This document shows, one piece after another, positions 39,643-49,300 of a DNA stretch of 64,000 bases. How positions within the stretch are numbered: the first letter of the stretch is position 1; every line of letters starts with the position of its first letter. A program made the translations under genes and the position numbers. The DNA comes from Thermomicrobiales bacterium. Its GTDB lineage: Bacteria > Chloroflexota > Chloroflexia > Thermomicrobiales > UBA6265. The notes beneath the pieces were generated by a model, which made no database searches, was not told the origin of the DNA, and saw only the letters and a list, made by a program, of their open reading frames with translations. Location of the stretch: positions 53,641 to 117,640 of the forward strand of contig DASTFJ010000158.1 of the NCBI GenBank assembly GCA_035708745.1, read 5' to 3'.

Positions 39643-40464
39643 ATGGGCTCCTTCTCCTTGGTACTTCCAGCTCACAATGAAGCCCAGAACATCGACCCCG
39701 TTGTCCGCCGGGCGCTCGATGTGCTCCCGCATTATTTCGATACCTTCGAAATCATCATTGTGGACGATGGCTCGAAAGACCAAACCGGAGCCATCATCGA
39801 CCGGCTGGCGGCGGAGGACCCGCGCGTCCGAGCCATCCATCACGCCAAGAACCACGGCTATGGCGGCGCACTGACCTCCGGATTCAAGGCGTCCAGCGGC
39901 CGTCATGTCATGTTCATGGATTCCGACCGGCAATTCGATATCGCCGATATCGAGCTGCTCTACCCGTTCATTCCGACACACGCGATCGTTGCCGGTTTTC
40001 GGATGATGCGGCAGGACGATCTGCACAGGCGGGTGTTCGCCGAAACCTTCAATCTGGTCGTTCGCGTGCTCTTCGGGGTTCATTTGCGCGATATCGACTG
40101 CGCTTTCAAGGTTTTCGACGGAGATTTGATTCGCTCGCTCGAGCTGTCATCTCCCGGCGCATTGATCAATGCCGAAATCCAGGCAAAAGCCCGGCGCCAG
40201 GGCGCCAATCTGCAACAGGTTGGCGTGCGGCACTTCCCCAGGATTGCGGGCGAGGCAACGGGTGGCAACCCCCGGGTCATCGTTCGAGCCATGAAAGAAA
40301 CGGTCGTGCTTTGGTGGAAAATGCGGACCTATCAACCGCCCCCGGGAAGGCCGCGAATCAATGGTCCGTACCGACTCGGTGACGCGCTCGTCGTCACCGG
40401 AGCACTCTCAGTTACCGCGCTCGGTGGCGGCATCGTCCGCCGTCTCATCGGTGGAAATCGCTAG
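39643..40464 (+). CDS. Glycosyltransferase family 2 (polyprenol-phosphate sugar transferase-like)
   Basis: ATG 39643 with AAGGAG 5 nt upstream gives MGSFSLVLPAHNEAQNI... It also has IIVDDGSKD and FMDSDRQ (DXD). Track start 39583 (GTGA overlap) is an alternative. Confidence 0.85.
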   Translation: MGSFSLVLPAHNEAQNIDPVVRRALDVLPHYFDTFEIIIVDDGSKDQTGAIIDRLAAEDPRVRAIHHAKNHGYGGALTSGFKASSGRHVMFMDSDRQFDIADIELLYPFIPTHAIVAGFRMMRQDDLHRRVFAETFNLVVRVLFGVHLRDIDCAFKVFDGDLIRSLELSSPGALINAEIQAKARRQGANLQQVGVRHFPRIAGEATGGNPRVIVRAMKETVVLWWKMRTYQPPPGRPRINGPYRLGDALVVTGALSVTALGGGIVRRLIGGNR

Positions 40465-40522
40465 CTCATCGAGGCAGCGCCGCAATACGGCCCGCGTTGA
40501 TGGTATCGGGTTTGGTCGAATT

Positions 40523-41944
40523 TCAGGCCGCCATGCGGGCACGGCGCCGCAGATCAGCAGCCACATCCGAGAATGTGAGCGCGGGCACCACGTCAGAACC
40601 AATCGCCTGAGAAAGTTCGGAAACGGTCATGTCGTCGAGCAGCGTATGGGTTCGGTCCGAGATAGCCCGACTCGTGATGTAGACCGGACGTCCGTCGGTC
40701 TTCCCCAAAAGCGCCGTGGCAAAATCCTGCCCGGTCAGAAGGCCTGAGACATTGATCTCTGTGCCGAGATACTCGTTCTCGATCACGACAACCTCGAAAT
40801 CAGTGCCCAGCCGAGCGTTCATCTCGCCCACCGCGGCGCGCATGGTCTCGCCAATGAGCGTGCCACAGGCAACGATGCCCCGAGCGCCGCGCAACGTCTC
40901 GGGCTTGGCGCGGCGGATGACTCCAGACAGATTTTCCAGCAGGTGACGAGTGATGCCGATCCCGTCTTCGATCTGCGGGAAGCCGTCGTATTGGGATGAG
41001 GGCGGCACGTCGCGTCCGGTCATCAAATAGAACTCGTCCCCGAGATAAAAGAACGTTTCCCCGCGTTCCGCGCGGAATCGCCGTTGCCATGCCTCGGATT
41101 GCTCGATGACCGCCTGGGCTTCCCAAGGCTCGTATCGCCGCACCTCGATCTTCTTCGTGGGCAGCGTTCGCATGCAACCTCGTGAGTTACGCAGCTGTTT
41201 ACTTTGCCGCTCCAGGCCGTGGCGCGTCAGCCCGACGGGTACACCGGCGATAGAACGCAGCCGCTGGAACCGGTTCAAGTCCGTCAGCGATCGATCGAGC
41301 TCCTCTCCGTCATTGATTCCCGGACAAAGCACGAGCTGGGCATGAAAATCGATGCCGGCTTTGTCCAGACGGGCAAGATCGTCGAGGATCTTGGCGCCCT
41401 TCGGATTGCCCACCAGTGCAACCCGAAGCTCCGGATTGGTGGCATGCACGGACACATGGAGGGGACCGATGCGCTCCGATTCGATCCGCTCCCAGTCGTC
41501 ATCGGAGAGATTGGTCAAGGTCACGAAGCTGCCATAGAGCATCGAATACCTGAAGTCGTCGTCCATGACATAGAGCGACTTCCGCATCCCTTTCGGGATT
41601 TGCTTGATGAAGCAGAACGGACAGGCATTCTCACAAATTCGCACGCCGTCGAAGGTGGCGTCGGCGAAGGTAATGCCCCAGTACTCGTCGCCTTCCAGGT
41701 CGAGATCGAGCAGATCGGTCTGATCACCGCGCGCTACCTCGAGCGAGACCGATTCTGACTGGGCGTGGAACTGGAAGTCTATGAAATCGATAACCGGCCG
41801 GCCATCGATCGATACGACTCTGTCACCTGTTCGCAGACCCAGCTCATCCGCCAGCGACCCCTCGGCAACATTTGCGATCAAACCCGGCTGGTCCGGTTCC
41901 AGATCGACACGACGATTCGTCAGTTGACTGATTTTTGGAGCCAC
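40523..41944 (-). CDS. PDZ + radical-SAM-like (DUF512-type) Fe-S protein
   Basis: N-terminal PDZ-like segment (GSLADELGLRTGDRVVSIDG), a CX3CX2C motif (CENACPFCF), and a long C-terminal domain as in DUF512 proteins. Confidence 0.65.
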   Translation of the reverse strand: MAPKISQLTNRRVDLEPDQPGLIANVAEGSLADELGLRTGDRVVSIDGRPVIDFIDFQFHAQSESVSLEVARGDQTDLLDLDLEGDEYWGITFADATFDGVRICENACPFCFIKQIPKGMRKSLYVMDDDFRYSMLYGSFVTLTNLSDDDWERIESERIGPLHVSVHATNPELRVALVGNPKGAKILDDLARLDKAGIDFHAQLVLCPGINDGEELDRSLTDLNRFQRLRSIAGVPVGLTRHGLERQSKQLRNSRGCMRTLPTKKIEVRRYEPWEAQAVIEQSEAWQRRFRAERGETFFYLGDEFYLMTGRDVPPSSQYDGFPQIEDGIGITRHLLENLSGVIRRAKPETLRGARGIVACGTLIGETMRAAVGEMNARLGTDFEVVVIENEYLGTEINVSGLLTGQDFATALLGKTDGRPVYITSRAISDRTHTLLDDMTVSELSQAIGSDVVPALTFSDVAADLRRRARMAA

Positions 41945-42021
41945 GGCTTCTCGTTTTCGGTTGAGGCGGAATGGTGTGCGGTGCTCACCTGGGAGACCGG
42001 CAAACGGACGATTCTACCACG

Positions 42022-42969
42022 TTATGACGCGTTTACTGGCGCTCGTTGCCAAATATGGCCGATCCAGTCCTCGATCTGCTGCCGTGCGATCATCTCGAAA
42101 CCGAGGGAGGTGTAGGTTTCGAGAACTCCGGATTCTTTCGAGTCGATGATGCCGCTCAACACCATCGTCCCGTCCGGCCCGACCGCCGGAACGATCTGAT
42201 CGGCGATTTCGATCAATACCCGGGCGATGATATTGGCGACCACGATGTCGTACGAGCGGATCGGCGCGGCGTCTGGGGCCATATTTGATTTCCAGATAGT
42301 GACAGTTTCGACGACGTCATTCAGCGCCACATTCGCGACCGCCTGGCGCACCGACACTTCGTCGATGTCGACGCCCTCGATCGTGCTCGCACCCAACTTC
42401 GCCGCGGCGATAGCGATGATCCCGGATCCTGTGCCAACATCGAGTAGCGATCGGCCGTCGAGGTCCAGTGTTTCCAATAACCTCAGCGCGATTTGCGTCG
42501 TGGGATGGGTTCCCGTTCCGAATGCCATACCAGGATCGAGCAGCACCACGACATCGCCTTCGACCGGATCGTATTCTTGCCACGGGGGGCGCACCACCAC
42601 GCGCGTTCCGACCCTGACCGGAACATAGTGCGCCTTCCAGGCGTTGGCCCAGTCTTCCTCGTTGCGTGTCTCCACCGTCAGCTCGCCGGTACCGCGCAGA
42701 TGACCGAGATACCAGATGCCGGTGCGGATTGCTTCGAGCGCGGCCGCATCGAAGTTTTCCTGGGGGATGAAGGTGCGGATGCGAAAGGGCCGCGTGATGT
42801 CGACGCGGACATTGTCGCCGTCGCGATCCTGCGTGAACGGCTCCTCGATCACGACCCCTTCGTTGTACCCGTAGCGCGAGAATAGCTCGACGACGGGCTC
42901 GACCGCTTCATGGTCGACCTCGACCGAGAGCTCGATCCAGCGTCCGGTTGCGGCGTCCTGCTCGCTCAA
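42022..42969 (-). CDS. prmA: Ribosomal protein L11 methyltransferase
   Basis: PrmA-like N-domain, PWQEY.., AFGTGTHPTT and LLDVGTGSGIIAIAAAKLGA SAM motif. Confidence 0.9.
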   Translation of the reverse strand: MSEQDAATGRWIELSVEVDHEAVEPVVELFSRYGYNEGVVIEEPFTQDRDGDNVRVDITRPFRIRTFIPQENFDAAALEAIRTGIWYLGHLRGTGELTVETRNEEDWANAWKAHYVPVRVGTRVVVRPPWQEYDPVEGDVVVLLDPGMAFGTGTHPTTQIALRLLETLDLDGRSLLDVGTGSGIIAIAAAKLGASTIEGVDIDEVSVRQAVANVALNDVVETVTIWKSNMAPDAAPIRSYDIVVANIIARVLIEIADQIVPAVGPDGTMVLSGIIDSKESGVLETYTSLGFEMIARQQIEDWIGHIWQRAPVNAS

Positions 42970-43940
42970 ATTCGCACCGAGCTCGAGTCACCAACATTGA
43001 CGGAAACCGCGTGCCCGGTCACCCGGGCGTTCTTGCCGATGATCGATCCCTCGATCATGGCTTCCGCCACGCAGGCGCCCTGATCGACGATCGTATCGCG
43101 GACTATGGAATTCTGGATAACCGCATTTGGCCCGACACTGACGTATGGTCCGACGATCGACGCTTCGATTTTGGCGGTGGGGTGGATAAACGACGGCTCG
43201 ATAACGCCGGAGCCTTCGAACTTGGGGTCGCCGTCAGAACTGTTGTCGAGCAGGTAGCGGTTCGTCTGGAGCAGGGCGATATCGTTGCCACAATCTTCCC
43301 AGACGGAAACTGGAGCCGTGATTGCCTTGTGCCCGCGATCGATCATGATCTGCACCGCATCGGCAAGAAAGTACTCATTCTTCAGAGAAATCTTGCGTTC
43401 GAACTGTTCGACAATGGCGCTATAGAGATCGGCCATATTGCGAAAGTAGTAGATGCCGACCACGGCCATTTTCGATTCCGGGTCTTTCGGCTTTTCGACC
43501 AGCCGGACGACGCGACCCTGCTCCTCGACGGCGATGCCATAGGCCGATGGATCGGGAACTTCCTTGACGAACGCGATCACGTCGGCATCCGATTCAGCGA
43601 TGACGTCGAAATCGGCCTCGAACAGCATGTCAGGAAACAGGATCAACGCATCCTGATCGGCCGCCGTACGCGCACGAATGATGGCGTCTGTTTGCCCAAG
43701 CATCTGCGGTTGTTCGATGAACACAGCTTCGGTGTCGTATTCGGCTTCGACCCATTCTTCGATTTGGTTGCCGAGATAGCCGGTGATGAAGATCAGCCGA
43801 CGCGGCTCGAGCGGCATGACCCGGTCGAGCACATGCGCCAGCATCGGCCGCCCGGCGACCGATACGAGTGGCTTCGGCTTGCTCCAGGTTTGCGGTCGAA
43901 GGCGAGTACCAAGTCCAGCGACGGGCAGAATAATGTCCAC
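42966..43940 (-). CDS. Sugar-1-phosphate nucleotidylyltransferase with C-terminal left-handed beta-helix
   Basis: MDIILPVAGLGTRLRPQTWSKPKPLV is the NTP_transferase signature. Hexapeptide-like repeats occupy the last ~100 aa. Overlaps the prmA start. Confidence 0.85.
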   Translation of the reverse strand: MDIILPVAGLGTRLRPQTWSKPKPLVSVAGRPMLAHVLDRVMPLEPRRLIFITGYLGNQIEEWVEAEYDTEAVFIEQPQMLGQTDAIIRARTAADQDALILFPDMLFEADFDVIAESDADVIAFVKEVPDPSAYGIAVEEQGRVVRLVEKPKDPESKMAVVGIYYFRNMADLYSAIVEQFERKISLKNEYFLADAVQIMIDRGHKAITAPVSVWEDCGNDIALLQTNRYLLDNSSDGDPKFEGSGVIEPSFIHPTAKIEASIVGPYVSVGPNAVIQNSIVRDTIVDQGACVAEAMIEGSIIGKNARVTGHAVSVNVGDSSSVRI

Positions 43941-44058
43941 GCGGCATCCAGTCGGGCAACGGTGGCCCGTGCGAGCTGGCGTGTGCCAGAAAACCAGTTG
44001 TCTGTGGGAAGTTTACCGGGAGTCACCGCCGTTGCCGCATCTGCGGTTCCCGCCGGCG

Positions 44059-44135
44059 TGGTACCTCCAGCGGGATTCGAACCCGCGATCTTCACCTTGA
44101 AAGGGTGACGTCCTAGGCCGCTAGACTATGGAGGC
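44059..44135 (-). tRNA. tRNA-Glu (anticodon UUC), CCA encoded
   Basis: The reverse complement is GCCTCCATAGTCTAGCGGCCTAGGACGTCACCCTTTCAAGGTGAAGATCGCGGGTTCGAATCCCGCTGGAGGTACCA. It folds as a cloverleaf with anticodon loop CTTTCAA, T-loop GGTTCGAATCC, and a D-arm like bacterial tRNA-Glu. Confidence 0.93.
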
Positions 44136-44266
44136 GCACTTCAACTACGACGCGCGTTCGCGAAGCCGCCTAAGCATAGGGGCAACCATGCCCCTCGTTC
44201 AACTCTTGATCGCCTCAGAATTCTCAATAGGGATCTCTCGCCATCGCGCGGCGACGTCCGAAGCAG

Positions 44267-45679
44267 TTACCACGATTTGACGATCCCGAAACCGTGGCGC
44301 GCGGTTCGCCTGATATCGCCGCTCAGTGCGAAGATCCCGATCCAGCACGCAATCAGAACGATCCCTATTGCGGCTGGCGTCGGCTGGCCAAGCTGCACAG
44401 ATCCCGGTGCATAGCGGTCGATCCATTCGACGAAGATGATGATTCCCCGACAAATCCATTCCGCCGGTAACAAAATAAGCTCGCCCAGCATCGCGTTCGT
44501 TTGGCCGGCCAGCGCCCCAGCGAGCGCGATTGGAAACGCGACGCCGGCCGCTGGTCCCACGACCAGATTGGCGAGGAGCCCGGTGATGCTCAGCGTGCCT
44601 ATGTGCCAAGCCAAAATCGGAATCGTCGCCAGCTGTGCGGCAACTACGCTGAGTCCCAGGGTTGTACCCCACCATCGATCGGTCCCCCGTTCGCTCCCAT
44701 CGAAGACGATGATCAGAGCCACAGTCGCCGCAACCGACAACTGAAATGCGAGCGTGTGGAAATCGTCCGGACGAATGGCAATTTGTAGCGCCGCCAGCAG
44801 CACCGTCAGCGTTAACAAATCTGGACGCCTTCCGAGATAACGTCCAACCAGAACGGCTGTCGCCAGCAAGGCGGCGCGCAGGGCGGACGGCTGCAATCCA
44901 ACCATCACGGCATAGAGCCAGATGACAATCGAAGCACCCAGGACGAACGCAATATGTCGCCGCATCGCTCCAGTAGCCAGGACTCCGAGTAAGAGCGTCA
45001 GCATGGCGAAGTTCGCCCCGGAGATTGCGGTGATATGGGTGGTGCCCGAAGCCAGAAATGCGCCGCTGGCCTCCCCCGAGAGCCCGCCGTCATCGCCGGT
45101 CACCAGGCCGCTCAGGAGTGCGCCGGTGTCACCCGGCGCGGATCGCATCAGAAATTCAGTGAGATCGACGCGAATCCGGGCAATCTCTGCGCGAAATCCG
45201 CCACCCGATTCCACGATCGACATCGACTCGATTCGGAGCTGCGCCGCACAGCCACGTGCTCGAATGGCGGCTCGCCCAACTTCCGACAGATCCTTGAGCT
45301 CGACGACGCGCCCTTTGACAAAGAGAACATCGCCGGCGAGGGCACGGGGCGCGGCGTCTGCGTATGCGCAAACATGCAGCCCGTCGAAGGATTCGGGCCG
45401 CCCAACGAATCGCTGGCCGAGCGAAGTGAGATACGGACCGTCGGAAACTCGCATTCTGCCTTCGAAGGGTCCTGCAAGGACCGCGGAAGCGGAGCGGGCC
45501 TCATGTCGCTCGGCGTGTACTGCTCCTAATGAAGCCAGCGCCAAAACCATGGCGAATGGCGCCAGCGGGAGACTGTGCCGTACAGCCGCGACAAGTCCAA
45601 TGCCGAGCCACACGATGACGGCCGCAGCGCCAAGCCCGAAACCGGTCAGGAACGCCGCACCCAGAGCCAGACCCAGCAT
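44267..45679 (-). CDS. comEC: ComEC/Rec2-family DNA internalisation channel protein (no C-terminal metallo-beta-lactamase domain)
   Basis: N-terminal OB-like region followed by a polytopic competence domain with GTTHITAISGANFAML. The protein ends after the membrane domain (470 aa). Confidence 0.8.
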   Translation of the reverse strand: MLGLALGAAFLTGFGLGAAAVIVWLGIGLVAAVRHSLPLAPFAMVLALASLGAVHAERHEARSASAVLAGPFEGRMRVSDGPYLTSLGQRFVGRPESFDGLHVCAYADAAPRALAGDVLFVKGRVVELKDLSEVGRAAIRARGCAAQLRIESMSIVESGGGFRAEIARIRVDLTEFLMRSAPGDTGALLSGLVTGDDGGLSGEASGAFLASGTTHITAISGANFAMLTLLLGVLATGAMRRHIAFVLGASIVIWLYAVMVGLQPSALRAALLATAVLVGRYLGRRPDLLTLTVLLAALQIAIRPDDFHTLAFQLSVAATVALIIVFDGSERGTDRWWGTTLGLSVVAAQLATIPILAWHIGTLSITGLLANLVVGPAAGVAFPIALAGALAGQTNAMLGELILLPAEWICRGIIIFVEWIDRYAPGSVQLGQPTPAAIGIVLIACWIGIFALSGDIRRTARHGFGIVKSW

Positions 45680-45682
45680 CAG

Positions 45683-46234
45683 TCAAATCGAGATCTGGTC
45701 GCGCATGGCGTCGACCATTCGGGCGGAGATGCCCGGCACCCGCGCCAACTCATCGACCGATCCGAAGGGGCCATGATCGGTGCGATATTCGATGATGGCG
45801 TCGGCCAGCGCCGGACCTATACCTGGCAAGGTGTCGAGCTCGTCAGCTGACGCGGTGTTGATATCGATCGAGCCCGCGGCATCCGTCGCCGTGGGCGTCC
45901 CGGGTCCGGGCGTGGGCAGAATTGCGGGGATTGCGACGTTTTCGCCGTCGGTCAATCGCCTGGCCAGATTGAGCTGCGCGAGGTCGGCCTCGGGGGCGGC
46001 GCCGCCAGCAGCCTGAAGTGCATCGCCCAGCCGCGCATCTGGATCGAGATCGTACACACCTGGCGAGACAACTGCTCCGCTGACCTGCACGGAGATGGTG
46101 CGTGCCTGAGCGGCATCGCGGATGATTATTTCTGGCTTCGAGCTCTCGTCGTAGATGCGCAACGCCAGAACGCCGAGCACGACGCCCAACCCAATCGCGG
46201 CCACCAAAATGACGTTGCGTCGCAACCAGCCCAC
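45683..46234 (-). CDS. comEA: ComEA-like DNA receptor (TM + SLBB-like + HhH)
   Basis: N-terminal TM and a C-terminal INTASADELDTLPGIGPALADAIIEYR..GPFGSVDELARVPGI helix-hairpin-helix pair. Confidence 0.88.
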   Translation of the reverse strand: MGWLRRNVILVAAIGLGVVLGVLALRIYDESSKPEIIIRDAAQARTISVQVSGAVVSPGVYDLDPDARLGDALQAAGGAAPEADLAQLNLARRLTDGENVAIPAILPTPGPGTPTATDAAGSIDINTASADELDTLPGIGPALADAIIEYRTDHGPFGSVDELARVPGISARMVDAMRDQISI

Positions 46235-46356
46235 GAGTGTCCGGCTCCCGGTTTCGCTGACGAAGAATCGTCATTCTACGGGAGATTGAAGCGTGAGAGT
46301 GGTAAAATCTATAGGTTGCCACCGACCCCATCCATGCGGGGTCAGGAGGTCGGTTC

Positions 46357-49300
46357 GTGCCCCGTTCAACCGGAGATATCCCTTTGAATCTCACCCATCT
46401 CCTTGCTGCCCTCCGGTCGAATCCATCACTCGAGAACCTCATCGAGTTCGTTTTGTCTGCATCGAACGTCGCGGTCGAGGATCTGCCGTTCGCCGCGCGT
46501 CCGGCAGTGATCGCGGCGATCTCGGAAGTGGTCGAACGTCCAGTCATCGTCGTCAGCAGCCGCGCCGATCGGTCGATCGTGCTCGCCTCGGCCGTCTCTG
46601 AGTTTCTGGCGGACCCAAGCCGGGTGGTGCATTGGCCCGCTCCGCCGGCCCTGCCGTACGAGCGGCTTTCGCGTGACACCGACCAGAGTGCCGACCTCGT
46701 GGCTGCGCTATCGCAAATAGCCGCATCACCGAAGTCTGCGATCGTTTTTGCTTCCCCGGCCTCGATCACGCACGCGGTCATGTCCGCAGCTGATTTGGCG
46801 CAGCAAACCCGTCGAATCCAGCGAGGAGAACTGGTCCGGCAGGCGGATCTCGCCGCCTGGGCGGCATCGGTCGGATATGAGCCGGTCACGATCGTGCAGC
46901 GCGTAGGCGAGTTTGCGCGCCGCGGCGGCATCATCGACATCTATTCTCCCGGCGCCAGCGGTCCGGCCCGGCTCGATTTCTTCGGCGACGAGATCGACAG
47001 CATTCGCTTGTTCGACCCGAACTCGCAACGGTCGCTCGAGCGGCTCGAGTCACTGACGCTGCTGCCCGCCATGGAGCTTCCGGTGTGGAAGCTGCGTGAG
47101 GCCGCGACGGCGTTTCGCCGGCTCGATCTTTCCCCTTTGCGTTTCGAAGTACGGGAAGAATTGGAACGAACCCTGGATCGCGCCGCGGATGGCATTCCAC
47201 CCGCCGCGATCGATCTCTTCGCGCCGTATCTGCTCGATACACCGACCACGATCATCGATCATCTGCCGGACGATGCGCTGGTGGTGATGGACGATCCCGG
47301 CACGGTCGAGCTGGCAGGAGCGCAACGCGACGAGCATGCTCGCGACCACTACCTCGCTGCCATCAACAGTCGCGAGCTCCCTGGCGGTATGCCCGATCCA
47401 TTCATCTCGTTCCAGCACATTTTGACCGATCTCTCCCGCCGTCAAGCATTGACATTCGGGGCGGTCGATGAACCCGCGCGGACGTCAGTCGTTTTCACGG
47501 GATGGACCGTGCCGACGCAATTCGCCGGGCGCATCGCCGATATCGTCGCGACCGTTTCGGAACGGTCGCAGGCTGGCTGGCGGATAGCGCTCGCAACTGA
47601 CCAGATCGAGCGGCTTACCGACATTCTCGAAGATCAGGATATCTATCCGCGGCGATCGAAGGGAGATGCCCGAGGTCCGCGGTTGGCCCTCGCTTCGGGT
47701 GACATCGAGATCGTTCCTTCTGACCTGGATGGCGGATTCGAAGTCGCCAGCGCGAAGCTGATGCTGCTCACCGATCTCGAGTTGTACGGATTCCACAAGA
47801 CCATCCGCGCGCGCGAGCCAAAACGCCGGGAAGCAGCTCGCGCGTTTGCCGAGTCGTTGGCACCGGGTGACCATGTGGTTCATATCGATCATGGGGTCGC
47901 CGTGTTCCAGGGACTGATTCGTATGCAGCAGGGCGGCGTCGAGCGCGAATACCTGCTGCTCGAGTTCGCCAAGGGTGAGCGGCTCTATGTCCCCGTCGAT
48001 CAATCGCACCGGGTCACGGTTTATTCCTCCGGCGGGCTTTCCCCGGCCCTCAGTACGTTGGGTTCCGGCGAATGGGTCAAAACCAAACGCCGCGTTCGCC
48101 GCGCGGTTCGCGATATGGCCTACGAGCTGATCAATCTCTATGCGGCCCGCGATGCCGCCAAGGGATATCAATACGGTCCCGACACGATCTGGGACCACGA
48201 GCTCGACACCTCGTTTCCCTATATCGAAACGACCGATCAAGCCCGCGCGATCGTGGATGTCAAAGGCGACATGCTCTCCGACAAACCGATGGACCGGCTG
48301 ATTTGCGGCGATGTGGGATTCGGAAAAACCGAGATCGCCATGCGCGCCGCATTCAAAGCTGTCAACGCTGGCAAGCAGGTGGCCATACTGGTCCCGACCA
48401 CGGTTCTGGCCCTGCAACACTTCGCCACATTCACTCAGCGGCTGGCCGCCTTCCCGGTCCGGATCGAGATGCTCTCCCGGCTACGCTCCGATAAGGAGCA
48501 GCGCGAAGTCGTCAAGGGGCTTGCCGACGGGTCGGTCGATATCGTCATCGGCACGCATCGCCTCGTACAGCGCGATGTGCGGTTCAAGGATCTTGGGCTC
48601 GTCGTCATCGACGAGGAACAACGCTTCGGTGTCCGGCAAAAGGAGTTTCTGAAACAGCTGCGGACCGAGGTCGATGTCATCACGATGAGCGCGACCCCCA
48701 TTCCGCGCACACTGCATATCGCTTTGGCGGGTATCCGCGACATCAGCGTGATCGAAACCGCGCCCAATGCGCGGCTGCCGATCCGCACGTTCGTAACCAA
48801 GACGAACGATCAGCTCATCCGTGATGTGATCCTTCGGGAGATCGAACGTGGCGGGCAAGTCTTCTTCGTTCATAACCGGGTTCACTCGATTGGCAAGGTC
48901 GTGCAACACCTCCACGAGCTGGTGCCCGAAGCGCGCATCGGGGTCGGGCACGGGCAAATGGACGAAGAGGTCCTGGAGTCGGTGATGATGACGTTCGTGC
49001 AGGGGGAGTTCGATGTCCTGGTCTGCACCACCATTATCGAATCGGGCGTCGACATTCCCAATGCCAACACGATCATCATCGACAATGCAGACACATTCGG
49101 GCTCACCCAGCTGTATCAACTGCGGGGGCGCGTCGGCCGCGGCTCGCATCGAGCTTACGCCTACCTGCTGATCCGCCCGCACAAACCCCTCTCGCCCGAG
49201 GCCGAGGCACGGTTGGAAGCCATCCAGGAAGCGACCGAGCTGGGGTCCGGCATGCGCGTCGCGCTGCGCGACATGGAAATTCGCGGAGCCGGCAATCTCC

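Noticed and set aside
42948-44108. 386-aa plus-strand ORF
   Set aside because: It is antisense to the nucleotidyltransferase gene and runs through the tRNA-Glu gene. It has no motifs.
45843-46940. 365-aa minus-strand ORF spanning comEA, the intergenic region and the mfd 5' end
   Set aside because: It is out of frame or antisense to two well-supported genes and crosses their promoter region. Its composition is Arg/Ser/Ala-rich junk.
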